Below are positions 41,701 through 51,084 of a stretch of 63,186 nt of DNA, piece after piece. Source of the stretch: a virus; the IMG/VR virus record IMGVR_UViG_3300032144_000010. One strand, 5' to 3'. The notes under the pieces are model-generated. The model was not told the origin of the DNA, ran no database searches, and was given only the letters and a program-made list of their open reading frames with translations. Position 1 is the stretch's first letter. The number at the start of each line of letters is the position of its first letter. Made by a program: the position numbers and the translations under genes.

Positions 41701-44700
41701 GACAAGGCGCGCTCCGTAGTCGAGCAGATAGTCGTACAGCATGTACCCCAGCGTTTTCTCGTTCACCGCTTCGCGGATACTGTCGAAGAAGCTGTTCATG
41801 CGCGCACGCGCTTCGCGCGGCGTGCTGGGCGGGCCGCGATAGCCGTAGTTCTCACGGTCGTGCGGAGTAAGCGTAGGCTTGATGGCGTCCACGCGGTCGT
41901 CGAACGCGCGCATCTCGGCGTTGTACGCGTCGTGCCGCGCCTCGACCGTAAGCCGGTGCGCACCCGGCATCGCCATGGCATGCTCGATTGGCGAGAAGCT
42001 GGACTCCAGCTTCATCACTTCTTCAAGGACGGAGTTCTTGACGCCCTCCAGACCGAACGCTTTGCGAATCGCCTTGAGCAGCGACTTCCATACCGTTGAA
42101 GTTTCCGGCGTGCGCAGATGCTCAGGCGTTGCGATGCCGTCGAGGAAATACTGGAAGTTGATGTTCGTGAAGGCTTCCGACAGGAACTCCTCTGGCGTGC
42201 GCATGCCGTAGAACTGGTGCCAGTCAGCTTCCGGTACGCTGTTCTTTACGTGGTTGAACAGCGCGTCCACATGGCGCGCGAAGTTCTTGTCCACGGCGTA
42301 GCGCGTAACGGTGGCTGCGTGCACGATCTCGTGCGCGACCACGACGATGCTACCAAGCGTATTGGTTCCGAACTTGATGTAGTCCCGGTCTTTGAACAAC
42401 GGGATGCTATTGCGCAGGTTGTGGCTGTAAGCCGCCACGTTCGGCGTCACATGCGTGATGTCGAAGCGCGTCTGGAGACCGAGCTTTGCCAGCCGCGCGA
42501 GTAGCGGACGAAGGTTGGATGGAATCCCCTTACTGGCAAGCAACGCTTCCAGCAAGTGCTGGATCGTCGGCGCGCCGCCCGTACCTTCGCGCCGCCCACG
42601 CGAGTTCGCTTCACGAACCGCTTCCCATATGAGGCGCTGTTCGCTCGTCTGCGTTACCGGCGCGCTGCGCACGCCCCAGTCTTCCTCGAAGCCACTGACG
42701 TCTTCGTCGCCCCGGCGCTCAACGCCTTCGGCGTCAGCGGCCATCTCCGCTTCCTGCTCGGCGATCAGCTTGTCGAGTTCGCTCATCTCCGCCACGGACT
42801 CAGCTGCTGCGGCGGCTTCTTCGTCGGCCATCAGCCCGGCTTCGGCCATCTCCGTTTCGTCGGCCACGGTGCCCGTGCCAGCCAGTTCCGCAGCAGCACG
42901 CTCGTTGCTCTCCTCGGCTTCTTCCGCAGCGCGTGCTTCCTCGCGCGTGGCAGCCAAGCGCTCGGCGCGCGCGGCTTCGCGCTGCGCCTGCACGGCGGGC
43001 GTGATGCGCGCGTAGAAGTTCAGCCACTCGCGCTGCGCTGCCTCCGGCCATGCACCGCCGGGGAACTCGTTCATCGCCTTCGCAAGGCGCTCCTCGGCCC
43101 CTTCACGCAGCGGCGCGTAGTTGCTCATCAGCAGGTTCGAGTCCGACACGATGTCCTCGAACGCCTTTACCTGCTCGGGCGTGCGCCGCGACTCCACGTC
43201 CTTCGCCTGCGCTTCGTCCATGTCCGCGCGGTTGGCGCGGCGGAAGCGCGTGAACAGCGCGCCGATCAGCCCCATGTCGGGGAGGTCCCCTAGCAGTTCG
43301 CCTACGCGCTTCTTGGCGGCGGCTTCTTCCTCGACAGTCGTCATGTCGCGGACGTACTTGCCAGTCTCCTCGTCCCGGACAGCCGTATCGAGTACGCCGG
43401 GCTCAACCATGTCCAGCACGAAGCGGAACGTGTTCTGGATCGGGTTCGACACCAGTTCAAGCTCGCCTTTTGCGGTGTCACCAACGGTCGTGCCCTTGAC
43501 CGCTTCGCCGCCCTTCTCCTTGACCTCGGCGGCGCGGGCCTCCTTCTTGGCGTCTTCCTTGCGCTGCTCGCGCCGGACCTCGCCAATCTCGCCCTTGGTG
43601 GAAAGGCGGTGTGACCCGCGCTTGCCGACCCTCTTGCCGTTCAGCAGTACGTCGCCGGGGCGCACTTCGCCGACGCCGGGCAGCCGGTCGATCTCACCGA
43701 CTACCGTCAGCTGCTCGCCACGCGACGTGCGGAACTCCAGCCATCCGTTCTTCTGCGCGATCAGCTTCAGCGCCTTGCGGATGCGCGGCACCCGGCGGTC
43801 GCCTTCCTCGTAGCTCAGCGTGTAGGCCGGCTCCTGCGGCGCAGCGGGCGCGCTGCGCTCCTTGGAGACCGCCTTAGCCCGTTCTTTCTTCGTCGGGGCT
43901 ACCGCTGGAGCAGGAGCAGGTTGAGCGACAACGACAGCAGCAGGAGCAGCGCTCCCAGCAGCGCCACCAGCATCAGCAACCACCGGAGCAGCGGCCACAA
44001 CCACTGGAGCAGGAGCCGCAGCCGGAGCCACAACAGGTGCCGGAGCAGGGGCAGCCTTGCGGACAGGCGCAGCCGCGCGCCCTTCGAGAACGTCGAGGAC
44101 GCGTGCACGGAGTTCCTCCGCTGTCTTCTGCATGTCACCAACGCGGGCGTGCCGGCCGCGCGCGCCGGCCGCGCCGCGCCCGCCCGTGGTCTTGGCTTCC
44201 CGGTTGGCGTGCGAGATGCCTACCCGCCGGGCAATGCTGCCCAGCCGAGCCACGTCCGTGCCCCACGCCTCGTTGCCAGCGCCCCAGCCGGCAGCTGCCA
44301 GTTCCTTCAGCGCGGCGCTGGCTTCCACGATCCAGTCAGCGAGCGGCTTGGCCGCCGGCTTCTTGCGCCACTTGCTAGGCTTCTTCGACTTGGCCGTCTT
44401 GACGTTGGTGGCAGCGGCATAGCCCTCGTCCACCAGCCCGCGCAGCGCGCGCTCCAGCTGGGCTTCCTCCGGGGTCTTCGCCACGACAGCCTCACCGGGC
44501 GAGGCTGCGGCCTCTTGCTGAGCGACTGCTGTGGGGACGTTCTGGGGACTGACGACTTGCCCATGCACGACAGCCCCGTCCGGGGTGTGGCGCTCGACGG
44601 CCACCGCCTGATCGAGCGGGACCTGTGGCTTCGGCTCGACGTAGCCCAGAATCTTCGCGCGGGCCTCCTCACCACGGCCCAGCCGGTCGTACTCGTTCGC

Positions 44701-46779
44701 CACGTCGCGGCTGAGCGTGAACAGGACGCCCATCTGCTGGCCGGTCGGGTCGGGATGGTCGTTGACGGCAATGACCCGGCCCCGAAAGCGGTTCTGGATG
44801 TCCTGCATCTGCTGCGGGGTCGGGTTGGCGATCCAGATGGCCTTGCGCGGGTTGCCGGGGTTGGCAAGCTCCTCGACCTGCGCCTCGATGTCCTGCGGGG
44901 CTTCCGTGGTCGTCGGCGGAGCCGGGGTGCCGGGCGGCGGCTCGTCCCCGGTCGATTGCGCTACCGGGCCACCGAACTCGCCGCCTTGGGCTCCAGCCGC
45001 CAGCAGGGCATCCAGTTCAGCGCCAGTGGGGTCCGCAGCCGCTCCCTGCGGGCCTACAGCCGCCGCAGGGGCACCGGGGGCACTCGGAGCCGCACCGGGC
45101 GCTGCCGGGGCTCCAGCGCCGCCTACGGGCGGCACAGTGACGTTTTTGAGGCGCTCGTTGAGCCCAGCGAGGGCGTTGTCAACGACGTGCAGGCGCATCG
45201 TCGCGACCTTGACCGCGTTCTCGTCCCCGGCAGCGGTAGCTGCCTCCAACTCCTTCGTTGCCCGCGCGCGAGTACGGTTGGCCGCGTCGATCTCCCCGAC
45301 GAGTCGCTTGTACTGCTCGACCGGTGGCGTCTGGATAGCCGGTGCCGGGGCGGGCGCAGCGCCGGGGGTCGCCGCCGCGCCCCCCACCGCCGTTGGTGCT
45401 GCGCCGCCTCCGGCTCCCGGTGCAGCAGTGGCAGCCTGAGCCGCCGCCTGCTGCTGTTGTGCGTCGAGGACCTGTTGAGCGCGCTCACGCGCCGTCGCAT
45501 TGGCCTGCGTGACGATCTCGGGTACGGACGGTGTCGCCCCCGGCGGAGCGTTGGCCTTGACCGCATCGACGACGGCCGGGTCCACTTCCGGCGTTGTCGG
45601 GGATGGCTCCCCCGGCTTAACCGTCGGTTTTTCGCCCTTCGCGAACGGTGCAGTCGCGATCTCGGCCGGGGCCATCGCGACCTCGCCGAAAAGCTCTCCA
45701 GCCATCGCCCCACCGCTGGTGATCTTGCCGGACTCGGCCAGCTGTCCAGCCCCTTCCCCAGCAGCACCCATCGCGCCCTGCCCGAGGACTTCCGCAATGT
45801 GCGCGAGCGCCTTCTTCGCCAGCCCGGACTTCTCCGCCATCTTGACCAGCCGCCCGGCCATGCCGAGCGAGAGGGTGTCGATGACCGCTACCGGGACGGC
45901 GTGCAGCGCCTTGCTCGACCGAAGCTTTTCGTACAGGTTCGGGTCCGCGTAGAACTTGGCGATGTCCTCCGGGTTGGTAACGTCCAGCCCCGACGACGCC
46001 ATGGCCTCCTGCATGCCCGCCTGATAGTCCATGGCGAACGAGCCGGTGAAGCCGCCTGCGCCTGCGCCAATGACAGTGCCTATCGGACCTCCAATCGCGG
46101 AGCCGCCTGCGCCGCCTGCCAGTGCGCCGACCAGCGGCGCGGCGGACATGGGGAGGGACTCAGCAGCCGTGGCGACGGCGAGGCGGGGGTTCTTCGCGTA
46201 CAGCTTCACGGCGTCCCAGAAGTCGGCCTTGTCGATCTCCTGCATGACCGCCTTGTCTTCGTCGGTCAACTGCGTCGTGGCGCGGATGTCCCGCTGGGCC
46301 TGTGCGTACTCCTCGTAGTCGCCCGTCATCTGGTCCGGCATCGCCATGACGGACTCGTAGCCGCGCTTCGCAGGCGCGCCGACGTAGCGTGTCAGCCAGC
46401 CAGCGTCTTCGTCGCCGGCTCCTTCGACAGGAATCGTCTTGTCGAGCCACGCGCGCAACTCGTCGTTGCTCATGCTCGACGTATCGACGTCTTCTTCGTC
46501 GCCGGCTTCCTCCTGCTCCTGCGCGCCGACAGCTGCTTCGTGCATGCCTGCCAGCTGCTCGGGAGGCGGCGGAGGAGCCATGAGGCGCGGCATCTGTGGC
46601 TGGTTGGCAGCGGCAATGGCTTCGATGTCCGCCACATGCTGCTGCATGATCTGGTCGGCGCGAGCGCGCGCACGATCCATGAGCGCCTGCGCAGGCATGG
46701 CGGATGCGCCGACGCGCGGCTGCTGGCCGGGCGGCGGGGGAATGGCCGAGCGAACGTCGTCTTCGACGAGAGGGTACAT
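38734..46779 (-). CDS. giant (2,681 aa) virion/ejection 'polyvalent' protein with zincin-like motif
   Basis: Single uninterrupted ORF. HExxH in VVVAHEIVHAATV with a downstream EEFLSEAF. YFPLTRHGEY resembles the PLxRFG motif. Long Ala/Pro/Glu low-complexity linkers. Gly/Ala-rich hydrophobic segments occur near both ends. Confidence 0.8.
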   Translation of the reverse strand: MYPLVEDDVRSAIPPPPGQQPRVGASAMPAQALMDRARARADQIMQQHVADIEAIAAANQPQMPRLMAPPPPPEQLAGMHEAAVGAQEQEEAGDEEDVDTSSMSNDELRAWLDKTIPVEGAGDEDAGWLTRYVGAPAKRGYESVMAMPDQMTGDYEEYAQAQRDIRATTQLTDEDKAVMQEIDKADFWDAVKLYAKNPRLAVATAAESLPMSAAPLVGALAGGAGGSAIGGPIGTVIGAGAGGFTGSFAMDYQAGMQEAMASSGLDVTNPEDIAKFYADPNLYEKLRSSKALHAVPVAVIDTLSLGMAGRLVKMAEKSGLAKKALAHIAEVLGQGAMGAAGEGAGQLAESGKITSGGAMAGELFGEVAMAPAEIATAPFAKGEKPTVKPGEPSPTTPEVDPAVVDAVKANAPPGATPSVPEIVTQANATARERAQQVLDAQQQQAAAQAATAAPGAGGGAAPTAVGGAAATPGAAPAPAPAIQTPPVEQYKRLVGEIDAANRTRARATKELEAATAAGDENAVKVATMRLHVVDNALAGLNERLKNVTVPPVGGAGAPAAPGAAPSAPGAPAAAVGPQGAAADPTGAELDALLAAGAQGGEFGGPVAQSTGDEPPPGTPAPPTTTEAPQDIEAQVEELANPGNPRKAIWIANPTPQQMQDIQNRFRGRVIAVNDHPDPTGQQMGVLFTLSRDVANEYDRLGRGEEARAKILGYVEPKPQVPLDQAVAVERHTPDGAVVHGQVVSPQNVPTAVAQQEAAASPGEAVVAKTPEEAQLERALRGLVDEGYAAATNVKTAKSKKPSKWRKKPAAKPLADWIVEASAALKELAAAGWGAGNEAWGTDVARLGSIARRVGISHANREAKTTGGRGAAGARGRHARVGDMQKTAEELRARVLDVLEGRAAAPVRKAAPAPAPVVAPAAAPAPVVVAAAPVVADAGGAAGSAAPAAVVVAQPAPAPAVAPTKKERAKAVSKERSAPAAPQEPAYTLSYEEGDRRVPRIRKALKLIAQKNGWLEFRTSRGEQLTVVGEIDRLPGVGEVRPGDVLLNGKRVGKRGSHRLSTKGEIGEVRREQRKEDAKKEARAAEVKEKGGEAVKGTTVGDTAKGELELVSNPIQNTFRFVLDMVEPGVLDTAVRDEETGKYVRDMTTVEEEAAAKKRVGELLGDLPDMGLIGALFTRFRRANRADMDEAQAKDVESRRTPEQVKAFEDIVSDSNLLMSNYAPLREGAEERLAKAMNEFPGGAWPEAAQREWLNFYARITPAVQAQREAARAERLAATREEARAAEEAEESNERAAAELAGTGTVADETEMAEAGLMADEEAAAAAESVAEMSELDKLIAEQEAEMAADAEGVERRGDEDVSGFEEDWGVRSAPVTQTSEQRLIWEAVREANSRGRREGTGGAPTIQHLLEALLASKGIPSNLRPLLARLAKLGLQTRFDITHVTPNVAAYSHNLRNSIPLFKDRDYIKFGTNTLGSIVVVAHEIVHAATVTRYAVDKNFARHVDALFNHVKNSVPEADWHQFYGMRTPEEFLSEAFTNINFQYFLDGIATPEHLRTPETSTVWKSLLKAIRKAFGLEGVKNSVLEEVMKLESSFSPIEHAMAMPGAHRLTVEARHDAYNAEMRAFDDRVDAIKPTLTPHDRENYGYRGPPSTPREARARMNSFFDSIREAVNEKTLGYMLYDYLLDYGARLVASTGNGTQVVRDWIKVYRAKQHDARMIQQRADAVMREARKLSMAEGEALAKVANDATLHDISPDKSFADHDHFKGVEAEAQQVYNRVKKAFDALSPQARKVYIAMRNHYKALHETSTRAQLHAVLERGGLSDHLHKAEITRIQLVGALMNAKDKSARQEIVDKAFANVQNAGAANKWTMQHVDEILEETSVKGDYFPLTRHGEYVAEGKRDGEFKIAFDPKDSAEFRKLLVQEVLKGERVKNPGRKYGRVHMMGDEAVVDYEDHALFTGDEKEAAAMLKQLKGEGYYVGKFPTVKQTSTSVETGALRELLAYMSGRRRKASDSTEEREAKADAMDAVRAAHIRLLADSNLRKSELERKRVRGSENDFHNLLKTFAERSYSGAWSLANLKHVVDEQEAIAGLNALHKNSDNPPSVGRFVEELKARRLQDLTMHQNNGSWARFESGLTRFAFVWYLGSLSHALSNATQPWLVSLPIIAGEHGLVRTGRKMARVSGRFTKPAIKRMFVALGDAASGQIVRLDDALDAILTASSATPQVKSMLRELVARGVIDTTMVTELARAAHAGPSKSMVARAVGHTAQYIESIAKVMPQLTEIMNRLVTATAAYELARERGATLADATNYAEKMTRQTQGNYSVENLPRHLRKFTGFKLVALYKTFGMLMYGLTLHTFNRAFFSRTATATEKKAARKAALYFAGINGALLGAVGGLFAEPLRAIAFGAGMALRGMGGDDSEDEDVRKLSLSLRNPDVALRRMFGDWAGDEMGFLMSDGALSAATGVEWGQRVGFGHLLWQPLRPSRDAEEWLGNMAMALAGPVMGLLVKGANAMTAITDGNYQRAGELLMPKGVSDISKGARLMEGGRGIEDTSGVTLLSADDATAGDVARQMIGFTPRRAQEMYDPRGEQLTAKQVIEGKRDNLMDRWARLIEDEDYDAADDLKRGEIADFNRAHPGVETRITNGKLQQRRIYQRKKAREYKQGKYVDLREAQRITQ
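43471..43480 (+). repeat. 10/11 copy of the motif (TGCGGTGTCAc), the only one seen in the late arm (antisense to the giant gene)
   Basis: cctttTGCGGTGTCAccaacgg. Confidence 0.75.
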
Positions 46780-46788
46780 AGCCTGTCC

Positions 46789-48216
46789 TCAGTCGGGCGG
46801 GGGCAGGGCGGTCGGCTCTTGCGGCTGCTCCTGCGGCAAATCGTCGTATCCCAGCGGACCGCCAGAGTCGTACTGCTGCGCCCACGCGTCGTAGCGCGCC
46901 TTCTCGACGCGCTTGCCGAACGCGTCCCGCAGCGCCACGATGCGCCGCTTGCGCGCTTCGGTCTCCGCCTCGTTGCCTTCTTTCTCGGCCTTGTGCAGCG
47001 CGTCGAACTCCGGCCCGGCAAGGGTCGCGTATTCCTGAAGGAACTTGTACGAATCGACCGCGCCGGTCAGCGCCCCTTGGTTGATCGTGTGGACGAGTGG
47101 GCCAAGAACTTCCGCACCGAACTCGCTGTTCAGCGCGTCGGTCTGCCCGCCGGGCGTCAGGTCCTCGTTCACCAGCTTGGTGATCGAATCAGACGTGTTC
47201 TTGTAGACGCGCATGATGTCGGCATTCGTCGGCGGCTTGCCGCCACCTGCGGCGCGAGCGCGCGTCAGCGCCGCTGCGGCGTTCGTCTTGGCTGCCGCGC
47301 CGAGCGCGCCGTAGTAGCTGCCCTGCTGCGCCACGGACTGCCCGTACATCTGCGTGCGGTTCGTGGCGTCCTTTTCGCCCTCGACGTTGTGGCGGTGCAC
47401 TTCCGCTGTGTCGGCTTCCGTGTCCTCCATCGTGCGCTCGTCGATGTCGAGCTTCTGGCGCTCGGCCAAGCCCATCATCGACTTCTCGTAGCGGTCGAGG
47501 AACGCGCCGTCGACCACTTGTGGGTCGCCAACAGGTGCGCCGCTACGCTCGTCGTGGCGCATGCCGTAGAGCTTGCCATCGGAGCCAACCTTGAACTGCG
47601 GGACGTAGCCGTCCGGGAAGTACGTCGAGGCACGCGTCAGATAGTTCGCTGCCGCCCGGTTGTCACCAGCGTCGATGGCTGCGCGGGCGTTCTTCAGCGC
47701 CCGCGCGGCGCGGCGCTCCTGCGATGCCATGAACTCGTCATCGACCTTGATGGCTTCTTCGAGCGTGCCGTAGCGCATGTTGTAGGCGAACAGTTCGTGG
47801 CGGTAGTCGGCCGCGTCACGCGCGGTCGTCCACCGGCCGGCTTGCGGCTGCTGTTGCGCCGCTGCTGCGGCCGGGGCCGGCAGTGCGGTCGGCAAGGCAG
47901 CAGCTGGAGCCGCTGCCTGCGCCGGGGCAGCGGGAGCCGGCGTGGGAGGAGCAGGAGCCGCAGCAGGAGCAGGAAGCGCCCCCGTGCTGGGCGTAACCTC
48001 CGCAGGCAAGGCGGTGGCTTGCTCTGCCTGCGGCGGGGCGTAGTCGGTGTCGGCCTCGTCATCGCGCGGCCAGAGCGAGTCGTGCTTCGAGATGATCCGC
48101 TCTTTGTCCGCGTCCTGCGCCTTGCGGAGCTTGCGTTTGCGGTGCGTCTCGTAAATCTTGTCGCCAAGCTCTACGCCCGTGGCGAAGTTCTGGCCGATGC
48201 GGCTGTAGACGGACAT
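46789..48216 (-). CDS. internal-virion/ejection-type protein (475 aa)
   Basis: ORF between two other large non-fibre virion proteins, with an Ala/Pro-rich linker. The call is by position. Confidence 0.55.
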   Translation of the reverse strand: MSVYSRIGQNFATGVELGDKIYETHRKRKLRKAQDADKERIISKHDSLWPRDDEADTDYAPPQAEQATALPAEVTPSTGALPAPAAAPAPPTPAPAAPAQAAAPAAALPTALPAPAAAAAQQQPQAGRWTTARDAADYRHELFAYNMRYGTLEEAIKVDDEFMASQERRAARALKNARAAIDAGDNRAAANYLTRASTYFPDGYVPQFKVGSDGKLYGMRHDERSGAPVGDPQVVDGAFLDRYEKSMMGLAERQKLDIDERTMEDTEADTAEVHRHNVEGEKDATNRTQMYGQSVAQQGSYYGALGAAAKTNAAAALTRARAAGGGKPPTNADIMRVYKNTSDSITKLVNEDLTPGGQTDALNSEFGAEVLGPLVHTINQGALTGAVDSYKFLQEYATLAGPEFDALHKAEKEGNEAETEARKRRIVALRDAFGKRVEKARYDAWAQQYDSGGPLGYDDLPQEQPQEPTALPPPD

Positions 48217-48227
48217 GGCTCAGGCCC

Positions 48228-50141
48228 TCACGCGAGGTTCTTGAAGAAGTCGCCGACGGCCCGCCCGGCATCGGTCGTGGCATTCCACGCGCCTTTCGGG
48301 TTGCCCATGCGACCGACGTAGCGCACCGCCTTGCCCCCCGCGCTGGGGTTGTGCGAGTCCCCGGCATAGCGGCGCATGTCCCGTTCCAGCGCCTTGCCAG
48401 TGAACGCGTCCCCGACCTGCTCCTTGAAGTCGTTCGGCCTGTTGCCGGACTTGTTCTGGTAGGTCTCGTTGGCGATGACCGCCGCCGCGAGCGCCGCCCA
48501 CGGACCCGCCGCGCCGAGCGCCGAGCCGCCGCCTGCTGCCCCGCTGGCCGCGCCGCTGCCGGCCCCGCCCGCTGCGGAAGCCGCAGGAGCCGCTGTCGTC
48601 GCCGCAGGCAGGGCGGTCGCGCCAGTCGATGCCGCCGGGGCTGCGCCGGCTACAGGAGCCGCCCCGGCCGTCGCAGGAGCCCCCACAGCGGGGGTGGCCG
48701 CCGTCGATACCGGGGCGGCCGCCGGAGCAGCAGGAGCCGGCGCTGGGGCCGCAGGAGCCGTCGTGATCGGCGGGCCAGCTTCCGGCGCGGGCGTTACCGT
48801 CGCGCCGGACGGCTGCAAGCCGGGACCGGTCTCGGAGCCAGCAGGCTGCACTGGCTGGTTCGGACGCATGCCGCTACGCTCGCGGTTGGCCGATTCCATG
48901 CGCTCCTTGTCCTTGGCTTCCTGAGCTTCCTTAATCCGGTCCTTGACCTTCTGCCCGACGTTCACGCCAGCCTGAAAACCCTCTTTCATCTGGGATTCTT
49001 CTTTCTCGCGCTTCGCCGCCATGTCGGCGCGGAACGTGGATGCATCCTGTGCCATGGCCTGATTGCGGGCGTACATCTCCGCCATTTCCTGATCGACGTC
49101 GCCGCCGTAGTTCAGGCGCATGCGAGTCTGTGGCTGTTGCATGGGCAGCGCGCCCTGCTGCGGGCGCGGCGTGTCGGGGATGCCCTGCGCCTTGCGCGCC
49201 TTCGCCACCATGGCGTCGATCTTCTGCGTGCCGTAGAAGTTGACCGCCTCCTTGGGCAGGACGTACTCGCCGGGCGTCAGGGACGCGTCCACGGAGTCCT
49301 GCCCGCGCAACGAGTCGTCTTCGAGATGCGGCGCAACCTCGCCGCCCTCGTTCATCATGGCAGCCGCGCCGATACCCATCGACAGCAGTTCCATCGGGCT
49401 ACCCTGCGCCTCGAACCCAGCCAGCTTGTTCTGGTAGCCCTGACTGACGATGTTGGCCTGCTGCCCGGTGGCGTTCAGGCCCTGCGCGCCCCACTGGAGT
49501 CCGGTGCCCATCGAGGACGCGCCGGACTGCACCGCGCCGAACTGGTTCTGCATGGCGCTGTTGCCGGCATTCAGCGACGTGCCGTAGGACTGCGCCACCT
49601 GCGAGGGCATGCCCTTGCCGATGTTGATGGCCTCCGCGCGCAGCGCGCGGCCAGTATCCTGCACGTTCTTGCGCGCCTTGTTGCCGGCGGCAGCTTCGGA
49701 CGCGGCCTGATACGCCTGCAAGTTGCGGTCGAGCGCTGCGCCGCGCACGGCGGTCGGCTGCACGCCGTAGCTCTCCAGCTGCTGGGCCGAGCGGTTGCGC
49801 GCGGCCTCGTTGGCAGTGCGCACCTGCGCCATCGCCTCGCCAGCTTCCTTGGCGCGGCGCTCCGGCGTGTCGTACTGCTGGAATTCCTGAATCAGGTTGT
49901 CTTCGAGACCTTGGAACTTGGTCTCGTAGCGCTGCCGGTCCGCGAGCGCGTTCGCGTAGTTGTTCTCCATGATCTTGCGCTGGACATCGAGGGTCGGACC
50001 AAGGAGGTCCTTGGTCTCGCCCCACATGTCGCGCGCCCACTGGAGTTGCTCCTGCGAGGTCTTGTAGCCGAGTTCAGCGGCCTTCTCGCTGGCTGCCGCC
50101 ATCGAGGACATGTCGGGAGCTTTGGGTGCCTTTTTGCCCAC
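48228..50141 (-). CDS. internal-virion/ejection-type protein (637 aa)
   Basis: Gln/Ala/Asn-rich helical N-half and an Ala/Pro/Gly low-complexity segment. The call is by position. Confidence 0.55.
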   Translation of the reverse strand: MGKKAPKAPDMSSMAAASEKAAELGYKTSQEQLQWARDMWGETKDLLGPTLDVQRKIMENNYANALADRQRYETKFQGLEDNLIQEFQQYDTPERRAKEAGEAMAQVRTANEAARNRSAQQLESYGVQPTAVRGAALDRNLQAYQAASEAAAGNKARKNVQDTGRALRAEAINIGKGMPSQVAQSYGTSLNAGNSAMQNQFGAVQSGASSMGTGLQWGAQGLNATGQQANIVSQGYQNKLAGFEAQGSPMELLSMGIGAAAMMNEGGEVAPHLEDDSLRGQDSVDASLTPGEYVLPKEAVNFYGTQKIDAMVAKARKAQGIPDTPRPQQGALPMQQPQTRMRLNYGGDVDQEMAEMYARNQAMAQDASTFRADMAAKREKEESQMKEGFQAGVNVGQKVKDRIKEAQEAKDKERMESANRERSGMRPNQPVQPAGSETGPGLQPSGATVTPAPEAGPPITTAPAAPAPAPAAPAAAPVSTAATPAVGAPATAGAAPVAGAAPAASTGATALPAATTAAPAASAAGGAGSGAASGAAGGGSALGAAGPWAALAAAVIANETYQNKSGNRPNDFKEQVGDAFTGKALERDMRRYAGDSHNPSAGGKAVRYVGRMGNPKGAWNATTDAGRAVGDFFKNLA

Positions 50142-50151
50142 GGTCGTTACC

Positions 50152-50610
50152 TCATGCGTTGTGCCGCAGCTGTGGCGGCAACCAGCGGCAGGTCTCGCGC
50201 CGCATCTCCTGCACGACGAGGTCTACGCCGAACGCGTAGCCGTCGCGTACCCGGTACAGTTCCTGCCACCCCACCTTGCGGTTGAAGCGCAGGGCCTTCT
50301 CGTTGTCGCTCGGCGTGATGCCGATGACGACGTGCCGCCCGCCGTGAATGAATACAGCCATCGCGGCGGTCTGCAAGAACCCGTGGCGAATCACCAGCGG
50401 GTTCTCCACGACGATGTGGCAGCAGCACGATGTCTCCGTGAACGAGTCGAACACCACGGCCGCGCAGTATTCCCCGTTGTGGTCCCGCGCGATGATCCCG
50501 CCCGAGTCCTCGACCATGTGACACCGCAGCTTCTGGCTGATCCACGCCCAGTCGTGATCGAGGTCGATCACGCCGAACGTGAACGCCGCGCGGCGCACCG
50601 CGAGGTTCAT
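50152..50610 (-). CDS. GNAT-family acetyltransferase-like protein (152 aa)
   Basis: ...ITPSDNEKALRFNRKVGWQELYRVRDGYAFGVDLVVQEM fits the GNAT C-terminal N..A...Y.K.GF pattern. ATGA overlap at 50607-50610. The ORF track opens at 50961. Confidence 0.55.
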   Translation of the reverse strand: MNLAVRRAAFTFGVIDLDHDWAWISQKLRCHMVEDSGGIIARDHNGEYCAAVVFDSFTETSCCCHIVVENPLVIRHGFLQTAAMAVFIHGGRHVVIGITPSDNEKALRFNRKVGWQELYRVRDGYAFGVDLVVQEMRRETCRWLPPQLRHNA

Positions 50611-51074
50611 GCGAAGGCCATCACCAGCGACCCGGCCGGGAAGCTCGGCGCGGGATTGCCGTTCAGCACGTTCTTCGGCGCAGCCAGCGCACCCTGCAAC
50701 AGCATGTTGCCCCCGGTCAGGGCGTCCATGATGGCCGCGTGCGTGATGTTGCCCCAGTCCGCCGTCGGCGCGCCGTAGGTCACGGCTGCGTTGTTGGACG
50801 TCTGCCCGCTGGTGCCGGTCGAGGCCGTGGTCGTGCCAGCCCCCTGCGTCCCCGCCCACGAGGCCATGTTGCAGGGCACGGCAATGCGGGCGTACCCCGC
50901 CCCGGTCACTTCGGTGCCGCCGCCGGCCTCGCCGGGAGCCCCCGTGAACAGCGCCACCCACACCTGCGTCGGGCCGCTGCCCGCCCCCGCAGAGGCCCCG
51001 GCGATGCCGAGCGCCTGCCCGCGCAGGAGGAAGTCGATCCAGTGGTTTTCGAGGAAGTCAGTCAGAGCGGACAT
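50607..51074 (-). CDS. conserved tail-associated protein (GGYAR-motif family, 155 aa)
   Basis: FLLRGQ...VWVALFTGAPGEAGGGTEVTGAGYARIAV...ADWGNITHAAIMDALTGGNMLLQGAL matches a family commonly annotated as a phage tail fibre-related protein (memory). Confidence 0.55.
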   Translation of the reverse strand: MSALTDFLENHWIDFLLRGQALGIAGASAGAGSGPTQVWVALFTGAPGEAGGGTEVTGAGYARIAVPCNMASWAGTQGAGTTTASTGTSGQTSNNAAVTYGAPTADWGNITHAAIMDALTGGNMLLQGALAAPKNVLNGNPAPSFPAGSLVMAFA

Positions 51075-51084
51075 GGTTGGTTCC

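Noticed and set aside
38734-46779. N4-like virion RNA polymerase or tape-measure protein
   Set aside because: I could find no polymerase motifs. No tail tube or sheath genes would accompany a tape measure. The HExxH motif, low-complexity linkers and position among ejection proteins fit a polyvalent internal virion protein better.
43921-48321. 1,466-aa plus-strand ORF, and similar long antisense ORFs: 1546..2991, 5481..7244, 13536..14615, 15603..17159, 35661..37607, 40018..42099, 51605..55309, 55279..57264, 58548..61316 and others
   Set aside because: They have Arg/Ala/Gly/Pro/His-rich nonsense composition. They lie antisense to genes with clear motifs or operon logic, which is typical of shadow ORFs in GC-rich DNA.
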